Notes under the pieces: model-generated
Databases searched by the model: none
What the model was told of the DNA's origin: nothing
What the model saw: only the letters and a program-made list of their open reading frames with translations
In this document: positions 1 through 11,554 of the stretch, piece after piece
Numbering within the stretch: the stretch's first letter is position 1
Layout: each line of letters starts with the position of its first letter
Made by a program: the position numbers and the translations under genes
Assembly: GCA_030265395.1 (NCBI GenBank)
Contig: JARFYF010000012.1
Location: forward strand, 21,265,069 to 21,329,068
Direction of reading: 5' to 3'
DNA from: Rhina ancylostomus
Taxonomy: Eukaryota
Length of the DNA: 64,000 bases

Positions 1-580
1 TGGGGAACCTTGTCAAACACCTTGCTAAAATCCACACATGCCACATCCACCATACTACCTTCATCAGTTTGTCTTGTCACTTCCTCAAAAAAACTCTATT
101 GGGCTCGTGAGGCACAACCTGCCTTTTACAAAGCCATGTTGACCATCCCTAATATCCTCTGCTTCTCCAAATGCTCATAAATCCTGTCCCTAGAATCCTC
201 TCCAATAGTTTGCCCTCCACTGATGTAAGATTCACTGGTTTGATTCGGGAATAATTCCCGAGATTATTCCTTTTACCTTTCTTGAACAATGTTTGGCATC
301 CTCCAATCCTCTTGTACCATTCCTGTGGCAGGGAGGACTCAAAGATCATTGTTAATGCTCCAATTATCTCTTCCCTCGCTTCCTATAGTAACCTGAGGTA
401 CATCCTGTCCAACCCCGGGACTTATCTATCTTAATGCTTTTTAGTAGCTCCAACACTGGTTCTTTCTTAACCTCAATAGGCTCCAAGACATTTGTCTGTT
501 CTATGCTAACCTCACATTCATCTAAGTCCCTCTCCTTGGTGAATACTTAAGTAAAATATTCATTTAGGACCTCCCCTACA
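1..580 (-). mobile_element. CR1 LINE ORF2 fragment (RT N-terminal region), decayed
   Basis: Minus-strand translation FKKGKRNNLGNY..PVNLTSVEGKLLERIL and VDFSKVFDKVP are CR1 RT motifs; frameshifted. Confidence 0.85.
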
Positions 581-1509
581 AAAGAGGGAAGAGTGGATTG
601 TTTCTGAATATCCCCTAAATAGTGTGAATTGAGATTAGAGGTCTACTTGCATTCAAAGTTATACCCAACCCTAACCCAAGCCAAGCACTGCCAATTTGAA
701 CCCAACCCAAACCCAGGAACTTGGTGTCCATCCAGACCATTGCCAATTATTCTGCCCTGGTGTAGGGCCAAAGCACCTGCCCAGCCATCCAGCACAGCAG
801 TGCTCCCATATATGTACAACCAGGCCCCCATGCAAAACCATTAAGCTTGTTTATTTTACTCCTTGTTCTCTTCCAGTCAAGCTCACCTGCTCCCCATCCC
901 CGTGTCCTCCTGAGTCTGAGCCAGGTGTCCTCTCCTTTCAGCAGCAACTTTCCTACCTGACAAGACACATTTGACCTGTTCCTAGAGCAGAGCTACGTTA
1001 CCCTGAGAGACTGCCTCAAAGTGCCCATGCCAAACCCTCTCTGCTTGCCTCAGTCAGCATCACCCTGATGTGGCTTTACTTAATCTGAAAGGCTTGGCTT
1101 TAAAGTGATGAAACATTTGGAGATTGCAATAGCACATTCATTTATAAAGAACCAGCAGTTACTGCCCTGGACTGATCCAACACAAGCCCAAAGAACTCTC
1201 TTTTTCAAAGCCAACCCAATCCAATTGTTGAATCCTGTTAGTCTTGGAAGTGGATAACCAGGCTTTAATTGAGATTTCATTCATTATCTACATCAGTGAC
1301 CTGCTCAAAAAACTCAGGTTGGATTAATTAGGCAGGACATGGCTTTTGCAAATAGGTGCCAGCTTTCTCTGGATATTTTTGTCTAAATACTCAGTCATCT
1401 GACCCTAATAATACCTTTTAGAGATTTTCTTGCAGCAGTTTGCTAGTTTATCTTTCACATCCTTCTAAAATGCTGGCAAATTTCCAATTGATTGACATTA
1501 TGGTTAATT

Positions 1510-2135
1510 AGCAAATTGGTTTATTATTGTCACATGTACCGAGATCCATACAGATCATTTCATTACAACAGTGCATTTGAGGTAGTACAAGGTAAAACAA
1601 TAACAGAANNNNNNNNNNNNNNNNNNNNNNNNNNNNNNNNNNNNNNNNNNNNNNNNNNNNNNNNNNNNNNNNNNNNNNNNNNNNNNNNNNNNNNNNNNNN
1701 NNNNNNNNTTGTCACATGTACCGAGATCCATACAGATCATTTCAGTACAACAGTGCATTTGAGGTAGTACAAGGTAAAACAATAACAGAATGCAGAAATA
1801 AAGTGTTACAGTTACAGAGAAAGTGCATGCAGGCAGACAATCAGGTGGAAGGCCATAACAAGGTAGATTGTGAAGTCAAGAGTCCATCTTATCATGCTAC
1901 GGGACTGTTCAATAGTCTTATAACAGCAGGATATTACAAGACTTGAGCCTGGTGGTACATGTTTTCAGGCTTTTGTATCTTTTACCTGACGGGAGTGGGG
2001 AGAAGAGAGAATCTCTGGGGTGGGTGGGGTCTTCGATTATGTTGGCTGCTTTACCGAGGCAGCGAGAAGAGTAGACGGAGTCCATGCAGGGGAGGCTGGT
2101 TTCCATGATGTGTTGAGCTGTGTCCACAATTCTCT
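1510..2135 (-). mobile_element. Rex1/Babar-like LINE 3' end
   Basis: ORF TAQHIMETSLPCMDSVYSSRCLGKAANIIEDPTHPRDSLFSPLPSGKRYKSLKTCTTRLKS matches the Rex-Babar C-terminus (HP.H.LF..LPSG.RYRS...T.RL.NSF). The 3'UTR ends with aataaa on the minus strand near 1520. Confidence 0.75.
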
Positions 2136-3264
2136 GTGGTACGGAGCTTAGTGGTTCAGACAGAACTCAAATTGATTATCAGAGAGCATGTTATTGGTAA
2201 GTGCTGCTTGATAGTTGATGATTTTCAATCTAGCTTGAAATAATTTCCAATGCGTTAATTTGGTTTATTTTAGTTACTAAGTTTAGTAGGAAATTATTTT
2301 GTAATGTGTTCAGTGCCAACACCTCCCCACTTCCAGGGCATGTTGCAAGAAGAATTGGAAAAGTAGTCTGGAAATATTGGGAACCAAGAACCTACAGGCT
2401 CACCTCCTGAGAATGGAGGATTTTGGGGGTAGAAATAGGGAAAGATCCCAATAGGTGTGACTGAGCATAATGGAAGGAGGTGGCTACATCCCAGAAGGCT
2501 ACCATACTGACCCATCCTATCAAGGAACAGTGCCACAAAAGGTACAATGATTAGAATAAAGCAGACAAGGCAAGGAACTCAGCATGCTCCTGAAAAGGAT
2601 AATAAGGAACAAAATCAGGAAACAATAGTTTTTCCATCCTTACAGTTGCTTCTTGTTTTCCTGTTTGTTTTCAGCATGTTGTACTGCTGTTCACATTATT
2701 TAAGAATGTCAAGTTCTCTAATCCAGTATGGTAAAGTTAGTACCAAATGTATGGCTATTCAGGTAGGAAGGCAGCTACTTTCAGGCAGCGTGTATTAGTT
2801 GGGTTCAAACTAAGCATCAGCAAACTTCTAGAATCTCAGTTTTTGGGAGAGAAAATCATCAACTATCAAACAGCACCTACTTACTGCTGTCTGATACTCA
2901 GTTTGATTTCTGTGAGGACCGCTAAGCCCCATATCATGTAATGGCTTCTGTTCATACATGCACAAGAGTGGAGATGAAAGTGATTCCCTTTGTTGGCAAG
3001 CCAGTGCTTGATAGAATATATCACCAAAGAAACCAAATAAAACTGAAGTATGTACGAATCTGGGGGACTCTGATCACCACTCAGGACATATTGCTGTGTC
3101 TACAATGTCTATTCGGGAAATGAACAGCATAACCCCAAAACAGGTCAGTACAAGTCAATGTGCTGAGCACTTCACTGCACCCTCAATTTGCTTTCCTTTG
3201 TTCATAATTCATGTGAACAGGTGAAAACTAATTGGTGTATTTTCATTAAAACTTTAACAGTGCG

Positions 3265-3550
3265 CACCGAGAGGGATTCATGATGGATAAGTGTTTTCAA
3301 TTATGTGGCGAGATTAGAGAATTTCTCCTTAGAGCAATGGTTAAAAGAAGTTTTAGTGTGGCAATTCAGGACTATGAGGGTTGAGAAGANNNNNNNNNNG
3401 ACTTAAGCTATTTAGCAAAAGAAAGGGAAGATGAGGAGAAACTTTTTTTTAACATATATACACACAGCAATTTGTTATGATTTGTTTACTGCTAAAAAGA
3501 GAGTGGTACAAACAGATTCACTGGTAACTTTCAAAAGGGACTTTATAGCT
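3265..3550 (+). mobile_element. Highly decayed CR1 3' fragment
   Basis: gagattagagaatttctccttagagcaa..., gatgaggagaaacttttt and gtaactttcaaaaggga resemble the CR1 ORF2 C-terminus seen in other copies in this window. Confidence 0.5.
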
Positions 3551-3799
3551 GTCCTTGCAGTGGAGAACTTGTTTGGACCATGCAGGAAGAGCAGGAGGGT
3601 TGGATTATTTGAGTGGCTCTTCACAGACGATACCTCCTTGGGCAAGTACAATTTTGCACCTGGGCAATCAACTGCATAGGACAGTCTCTGATGAGGGGAA
3701 TGCTGAACTATTCTAACCTGTGCTTTCTATCCCACCAGCGCAATGGAAATGAGGGGAGAGGGAGGAGGATCAGGAGGAGGAAGAGGGAACAAAGCAATC

Positions 3800-4150
3800 C
3801 TAGAGGGAAATGGGGGTCAAGTATGTTCTTGCCCAAGATTCTTTTGTTGGAGTTTGTGAAGGTCTTGTCAAAATCTGCTGAAGCTCCAGCTATGTAGGCC
3901 AGACCCGGACTGATGGAAGTGGACCCAGGCTGAAAGGAAGGTCAGTGGTTGAGAAGTGGAAGGGCGCTGAGTAGAGCCCAAACTTCCATTGCCCCTTTCA
4001 GCATTGTCCTTCTCATCACTGCAACTTTTGATTTGAGAGGAGAGAATGTTATAGGCTGATCTACAACTAACAAATTGTGTGCATTGAAACAAGCGAGTCT
4101 GCTAATTCGCGTATTCCATTTCAATCTCACAAGCTCATTGTCAACTTTCA
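3800..4150 (-). mobile_element. Possible LINE AP-endonuclease relic
   Basis: Minus-strand peptides RLACFNAHNL and GKNILDP weakly resemble APE motifs (..LNxxSL; GNxLD). Confidence 0.3.
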
Positions 4151-5003
4151 TTCGGTAACAGACATACTGGCTTACCCCGTCCTAGAGAATGGAGTGAGGT
4201 CAGGTAGTGTTGTTGGTGTGACAAGCTTGCTGAATCTGGCAGGTCAGGGAGCAGAGAGAATTAAAACTAGTTAGGTGTTCTCCAGTCATCATTGAGACAG
4301 GGTCAATAGCCATTAAGGATGACACTACAAGACTACTTAATTCAAGTACTTGTGAGCTGAGATATATCATTTGCCCTTTGTCCTGTTAATGGTGATGCCA
4401 CGTGGAATCTACTTGCTACCTTTCTGGTCAAAATACCTCTTGCTTCCCTCACTGCCCTTTATGTTCACTGATTGATTCCATTTCCATATTGTTATTTCTT
4501 TCTCAGTCTCATCCACTGATTGGGTCTAGTGTTCTTTCCTCCTACACCAATGGTTACAGGGAGATGCAACGTGTTTTCTCTATGAGAAGCTGTGGCACCT
4601 CTGAGAATTGAGAACTCCGACAGAATGTAAAGATGCTATTTCCTGTTCAGCACCTCTCACATTTCACAGCCTGTTTAATCCACAGTTGTCATCATATCCC
4701 ACTGTGGTTTAAAAACTAATGTGATAGATCACCTGTGATGACAAACAGTGGGCCTACAGGGATCCAAAAATCAGTAGACCTTGATGCAATTATTTAAAAA
4801 ACAAATACCCTTCACAGAGCATGACCATAAGATGTACTAAAGCAGCGGAAATGCTACCCTTGTATGTTTCAACAGAAACTGTGTTCCTCTGCACATGAGG
4901 TTAGGGTTGGTTATAACCACAGAACCACTTGTTGGGTTGAACTTTTCAGGTGATGATAATCTAAACTGGGTACTGTAAGTATCTTCTATCCTTAGGCAAC
5001 ATT

Positions 5004-5048
5004 CAGTATAAAATCTAAACAGCAGATCCAGTATAAAATCTAAACAGC

Positions 5049-5080
<32 letters not shown>

Positions 5081-5095
5081 TGTGTGTGTATATGT
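5004..5095 (+). repeat. 20-bp direct repeat followed by a (TG)n microsatellite
   Basis: cagtataaaatctaaacagc at 5004-5023 and 5029-5048, then tgtgtg... from 5049. Confidence 0.9.
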
Positions 5096-5699
5096 GTTTT
5101 TAGTTCTGCTCTTGAACTTTCCCCACCAGTTTTTTTTCTCCTTTATAGATGTTGACTCTTTCATCTCAACATGATCCTCTCATCCTATAAGATTTACCTA
5201 AGGATGTTTCCAGAGAGAGTTAACTGATATGATCATAAGCAGAATCTCTGGCCACTTTTCCCTTTGCTAAATTTGGAAGTGCTGAAGTCATTTTTATTGC
5301 CTTTACTCCCACACTAGCTGAAATAGATAGCCAGGGACCATAATCTCCACAGCTCAACTATAAACCAAGTAATTTTTCTCAGTCACATAAATAGTTATTT
5401 CTGAAGCATGTTTAGCAAGTAAATCACAAACTTCAGAAAATTGATCATTTCCATATTCTTGGAGTTTGAACATCAAGCTTGAGAATTGGCCTTCCAATAT
5501 TGTCCCAGAAATTGATTTGCATTATAGCTGTGTCCAGAAGAAGCAATGACCCATGAATCTAATTACTTCATGGACCCACGCAATCAATTCAAAACCAAAA
5601 AATAATGGGGAGATAAGATGCATTGGATCAGATTTTGTCCAATAAATTCCATTATCTTATGTACAGAGGATATACAAGTCAAATATTGGGTACTAGGAA

Positions 5700-6810
5700 T
5701 AAAGCAGATTCATCTGCTCATGGTTATAGTGGAAAATAAAATCTCATGGTGGAAGAGGTAACACATTGACGTGGATAGAAGTTTGGCTGGATAACATGAA
5801 ACAGAGACTAGACATAAATGCGTCTTCTCCGGTTGCCAAAATGCCACAGGGATTGGTGCTGGGGCCTCAACATTTTACAATTAATACAGATGACTTGGAT
5901 GTAGGTACCAATTAGGAATGACACAAAGATAGAAAGAAAAACAGGTTGTGAAGAGGACGGAGGAGCTACTAAGGGATATAGATAGGTTAGCTGAGTGGGC
6001 GAGAATCTGGGAAATGGAATATAATGTAGGAAAATGTGAAATTGCCCATTTTGGTGGATAAAATTGAGACAGATTTTATCTAAATGGTGAGAGATCGCAG
6101 AGCTCTAAGATACAGAGGGATCTGGGTGCATGAGTCACAAAGTCTACTAGAGTAACAATCTTCCAGAGGAACTCAGTATGGGTTGAGCAGTATCTGTGGG
6201 GTACTCTGCAGGTGAAGCAAGTAATTAGGAAAGCTAAAAGAATGATTATTTATTGCTGGGAAGTTATGCTTCAGTTATATAGGGCATATCTGGAGAAGTG
6301 TGTATACTATTAATTTTAATTAAAGAAGGATGTTAATGCATTAGGAGCAGCTCAGAGAAGGTTTCCCGGACTAATACCTAGAACAAGCAGGTTGTCCTGT
6401 AAGGAAAGATTGGACAGACTAGGCTTGTGTATGTTGTTCAGAAGAGTGAGGGGTGATCTGATTAAAATACACAAGACTCTGAGGGGTCTTCACGGAATGG
6501 ACATAGAGAGGATGCTTCCTTCTGTGGGAAAATCAAGAATAGGGGTTTAAAAATAAGAAGTCACCAATCTGCACAGAGCTAATGGCAACTTTTGCTTTTC
6601 TCAGAGGATTGTGAATCTTTGGAACTCTCTTCTTGGGCAGTGGGTGCAGAGTGTTTGAACATTTTTAAGACAGAAGTGGATTGGTACCTGATCGCAAGGT
6701 GGTGAAAGATTACTTTGGGTAAATGGGAATATAGAGCTGTGGTTACAGTGAGATCAGCCATTAAATAGCTGATCAAGCTTGAAGAGCTGAATGTCCCATT
6801 GCCACTCTAA
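5700..6810 (+). mobile_element. CR1 LINE, RT C-terminal half through 3' tail, decayed
   Basis: ccacagggattggtgctggggcctcaac (PQG.VLGP), gatgacttggat, aatgtaggaaaatgtgaa, cagagggatctggg and the tail agatcagcca...gctgaatg. Confidence 0.85.
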
Positions 6811-8127
6811 ATTTGTATTTACATTATAATCCCTTGATTCCACTTTTATCTGTTGGTCTCATTTTTTGGATGTGTGGATGAATTGGGTATCTTAGTTTTT
6901 ATTATGCATTTTAAAATAATTCTCATTGAAACTCCCTATGATGGATTTTCCAAGACCAATTCTACAGCTATTACAAAATAAACATTGTCTCTCCATGCTG
7001 AGACAGAGTGGAGTGGAAGAGTTGTCAGGGACACACCTAGATCAGCTGCCAAACAGCTGACATTTAAGAGCTGTACCTTTGAATGCAATTCAGTGAAAAT
7101 CTATTTGCATCAAAAACCACATGATTTGAGTATGATTTTAATCCTACTTTTCACCCACTTCGAAAGGAAGGTAGGTGACCTTTATTACCGGAAGTAAATA
7201 AACCGCTACATAGCAAGAGTAACAACAGCTTTTAATAAGTGATGGGTAGGAATTAATACTAATGCAGTTTTTTTCCCCCTGTTCTTTTTGATTAAGTGTG
7301 AATAATTTTTAAAATGGCATATCAGGGTTTATTGACAATCCAGAGGGGCAATGGTATTGTGTGTTGCACTGTACCACAGAATAACAGGATGAAAGCTTGC
7401 ACTTAAGATCCCACACAGAGTGAATTGGTCACTCAGCCAGCCTGCTATGGAAATGGCCAAAGGAACCAAGACACATCTACATTTGTATTGAAGTGTGAAG
7501 CTGCTCTTGGCACACTGATATTCCGCCCAGTGTTCCCTTCCAGTGTGATAACAACCCCATGAGCTGGGAAAATATCACCTGCCCACTTTCTAACAAAGAT
7601 TGGCATGATCTTTGAGCTTGATTCTGGGTTGGACAAATTTCTTACAGGGGAGAAAAGGTTAATCCAATATATTGGGACATTTCTACTATCAGAGGTTTTC
7701 CATTGCTTGAATGCGATAATATTACAGCATCCTTTTTACAATTCTGATTGTGAAACTGAAGACTGCTCTCGCCTTTTTAAAAATCCCAAACTTTGGCCAG
7801 ATAATTCCAGAAACATCTGTTCCTTCCACTAATCTCTGAATCATTTCTACAATGTTTTCTCTGATTAGCAGGTATTATACCTAAACCACAAATTTCCTAA
7901 AAGAAAGTGGTATCACTTACCCTTTTATGTTTCCTAAAAATAAAAATCACTACCCAATGAGAAACAGAAACTTGAAAGTGGGCTTTGTTACTGATTTTAA
8001 ACACACAACTCTTTTCTGGTGCTTTACAAATGTTTCTTTTGTATCCAGAACAGGTGAGAGAACTACAAGCCCCTCCAAAAACAGGCCAAGATCAGCAACA
8101 CTCACAAAACATCAAATTCAGAATTAA

Positions 8128-8133
8128 TTTATT
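8128..8133 (-). terminator. Candidate distal polyadenylation signal AATAAA
   Basis: tttatt on + strand, followed on the minus strand by a strongly GU-rich element (gaatttgatgttttgtgagtgttgctgatctt). Confidence 0.35.
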
Positions 8134-8814
8134 TTTAACTTGTTTAACAACCAAATATAATCCAACAATTTATCTGTGGAAATGTATCCAATTTGATTCA
8201 TAAAAGATAGCAAAAATATTCAAGAAATAACCACAACCTCTCTGCGATAACAAGCTTTTGTCCCTTCTTTTCTACAGAAGCATGTTCTTCTTCTTGGTAC
8301 CATTAGTCACACACTATACTCAACCTGTTAACGCTCCATGTTCAGAGGTTTAATACAATAGCCACAATATGCAATCATAGGAATTCAACAGTTATTAAAA
8401 TAAAATGTTGGGGCTAATTTTTCTAGGCTTTGTCCGCAGGGATCATCAATTCACTGGGTGAAAAGGTCAGTTAAAAAGGGATGGGGGGGTCACTTATATT
8501 GTGTCTTTGTCATCCACATTGCCTTAAAATGTTCATAGCATCTCTGAAGGATGATGTGCCTGTCCAAGGTTACGGCAGAGAGGGCCAAGAGATACAGCCC
8601 CTGTAATTCCCAGGTGGTCCCACACTGCCAAGGTTCAAACTCCTGCAAGGGAATGCGTTTTTCTTATAACCAGCAACAGACACGTCCACTGAAAATGCAT
8701 CTCCACTGAATGTATTTGCAAGGCAGAGTTTGGCAAAAGAGACATTTGTCTGAGTAAAAATGTGCATTTAGGCAGGATAGCATGATGACAAGATTTACTT
8801 TTGTAATAAAATCA

Positions 8815-8880
8815 TGAAATTCTGGAAACACTCAACAGGTCAGGCAGCAAAAGAAAAACAGCGTTGATGTTTCAGGTCCA
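8815..8880 (-). mobile_element. Penelope-derived terminal-repeat fragment
   Basis: tctggaaacactcaacaggtcaggcagca...gttgatgtttcaggtc is the same repeat as at 17385, 29205, 37008 and 40310. Confidence 0.6.
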
Positions 8881-10525
8881 GTTTCAGTCTTTGTCTTTAA
8901 AGAGTTACTTCTAACTCACTGAGTGCATGCAGTGAGATTAGTAGGATAGAGGTGGACAGGAAAGAATTGTTGCGGGAAGTGATAGGTAGAAACAGGAATA
9001 AGATGTCAGCTGAGATTCAGTGTGGAAGTTTTGAGAATTATTGGAAAGCAGAGACACTTGAAATGAGGAAAATAAATAACAAAACCAGAAAGAATCAAAA
9101 CAGAGTCACGCAAGAGAAAAGACTATTATAGAAAGGGGCAAGGAAAGTAGAAAACAGAAGGTAATTGTATGGAAACTAAAATAGAGGGAGGATCTAAAAG
9201 TCTAACAGCCACAGACAGAATATTATACCATTGGAAAATCTAATCGTTACAAAGAGATTATTATGATTTTGTTGCACAAGCAAAATGAAGTGTGTTTTGC
9301 AAGAATCTCAGCTTTGTTCACATCTCTTAATTATGTAATGCAGTCTTAACCTGTGGAGAGACTCTGGTTATTTTGCAGTAGTTAACTGCATCAGAAGTTT
9401 CAGAGCTAAAACTAAAACAGATAGTTTTGCTCAAATGGTAGCTTTATAAGATCCAAGAATGCTTGTTAGCCAAATCTATCCACCCCTTCCTCTGCAGAGA
9501 TAACATTCTCCTCCATCCGCTTCCCTTCCCAATAGAGAAACTGACCTTCAAACTCATTGTGTGAGGGCCAATCAATGCAAATGCACTTCCTCCCATTCTA
9601 CAGTGACTGGTTCTAGTAGTTTTGTCCATTTGAACTCAGCTATTGAAATACCTTTGCTCAGATGATGCCATGACAATGATTCTTTGTTTTGTTATGAAAC
9701 AAACTGAAGTACAGCTATTACTGAAAATTAGTTAATAGTTTTCATTTCTATACTGCTGCTGCTTAATATGATTTCTTTTATTTAAAACAAAGAAACTCAA
9801 TACTAGCATTTACTGTGATCACATAGTATGAATTACAGGAGTATAGCTACCATACCTTCCTTGAGTTCACCACAGCAGTGACCCAAATGGACTTTGAACA
9901 GGTTAAATTCTATTTAAGTTATACCATCACTTTGGTTCGTCATATAAATGGGTAATCTCAACTCACTGAAGCCAGTAATTAAAAATAAAATTCAGACTCA
10001 CACCACCCTATCACTGTGCTTTCCCACTCAGTTTTGAGTAATTGTAGACCTAAAAATCAGTTTGCTGCAGTTTCCTACTCTGCCTAAGACAGAACCATAA
10101 AATTACAGGATCAAGTTCCAATCTGTAGTCTCAAAAAAAGAGCATGTAACTGTCTACTGGAATACAGAAGTTTCCATAACACAGCTCCTTACATTTCAAT
10201 TTCCATTGCAGGTATTGAAAGTCCCCGATAAAGATCACAGAGTCCAAGTTATTAGTCTATGTTGCAGGTTTGATCTCAGGATTACACCAACATAATAAAT
10301 TCCCAACCTCAGTAATCTCTGTGCCATAAACCACCTCGCTGGAGATGACAGTGGAGAAAAGCTCCAAGACACTTACAAAGTAATACTGAGAACAGCCCTG
10401 GAGATACACAAGTGTCGCAAGCAAGAAAACCAGTGACAGCCCATTTCACGTTAAGAATATTTACCTCTTGTTTTCCAAAAGAATTTTTCCCTCAGATATT
10501 TATTCACCTTCAGCTGCAGCTCACT

Positions 10526-10620
10526 TGGTGACACACTCACCTTTGAGTCAGAAGATTAAACGTTCAATTCCCATTCCAAAGACACAAGCACAAAAATCTA
10601 GGCCAACACTCAGTGTGTGA
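10526..10620 (+). mobile_element. DeuSINE (SacSINE1-like) tRNA-derived head
   Basis: ggtgacacactcacctttgagtcagaag..gttcaattcccattcca..gcacaaaaatctaggc has Pol III A/B-box-like sequence and is the same head as the copy at 54329. Confidence 0.6.
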
Positions 10621-10639
10621 CTCTGAGTACCACCATACT

Positions 10640-10850
10640 GTTAGAATTCTACATTAATCCCATTTGTTTTATTTTCCACACACTCTCATCATCTCCTCCA
10701 AGATTCTACCACCCACACATCTTTGAGATGTGGGAGGAAACAGGAGAACCTGGAGAAAATCCACGCAGTCACTGGGAGAACGTGCAAACTCCACGTAGAC
10801 AGCACTAGAGATCAGGATTGAAACTAGATCTCTGGCCTTTCAAGACTGTG
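10640..10850 (-). mobile_element. V-SINE (HE1-like)
   Basis: Reverse complement of the V-domain: tgtgggaggaaac.ggag.acctggagaaaatccacgcagtcactgggagaacgtgcaaactccac. Confidence 0.8.
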
Positions 10851-11059
10851 ACTCTCATCCAGTCAGTGAGTTAATGGGAGCAATTAGAAAGAGAAAAGCC
10901 AAAAGCTATGAAATTAAGTTAGTTGGACGCTGTTTTCATTTTCTGACTGCCCCCAATAATCCATCAACTGATGACCTCTATGATTTATCTGCATTGCAAT
11001 CCTGACCTTATCCTAACCACAAAATTCCCTTCTCCCCAACTGACAAAACATCTTTGACC

Positions 11060-11135
11060 AGAAATGCTGACACTATTCCTCTTTCCTCAGATGCTGCCTG
11101 ACCTGCTGAGTGTTTGTAGCGTTTTCTGTTTTATA
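11060..11135 (+). mobile_element. Penelope-derived terminal-repeat fragment
   Basis: cagatgctgcctgacctgctgagtgtttgtagcgttttctgtttta. Confidence 0.65.
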
Positions 11136-11554
11136 CCAGTTGATCACATTTCTTATCAAACTATGAAGTCCACAAAAAAGCTGATTGTTGTCACAACGTC
11201 ATAATTTGATTCTCTGCTCAAAAAAAAATCAAACACCCAGGGGGAATTCAACTTCCTGAAAAACAATCAAAAGATATTTTTCTCAGTCTTAAGGGTTTTT
11301 CACTTGCTGAGGTTAAGTTAGTTGACTTGGCTGGATATCATCAGTTGTATCACAAAATAACAAGGTAGTAATGGCAAATAAGGTCTGTTAAAGAAATATT
11401 TGATATAGTCATCCTCACACTGGTAGAAGAAATAATTATGATGTTAAGAATAGCAACAAAGAGGCCTGAACCTTACCTCCTCCCTCCCAATTTCAGAGCA
11501 GGGAATGGGAAACAGTGAGCAGATACAATAGCAGTAAAATAAGAGGGGAATAAT

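Noticed and set aside
1527-1790. 82-bp direct repeat (1527-1608 and 1709-1790, one mismatch) around a 100-N gap
   Set aside because: Typical unmerged contig overlap or allelic duplication at a scaffold gap, not a biological repeat.
1-11500. Expected last exon of the syntenic neighbour LHPP on the + strand
   Set aside because: No matching peptide found by eye; it probably lies outside the window.
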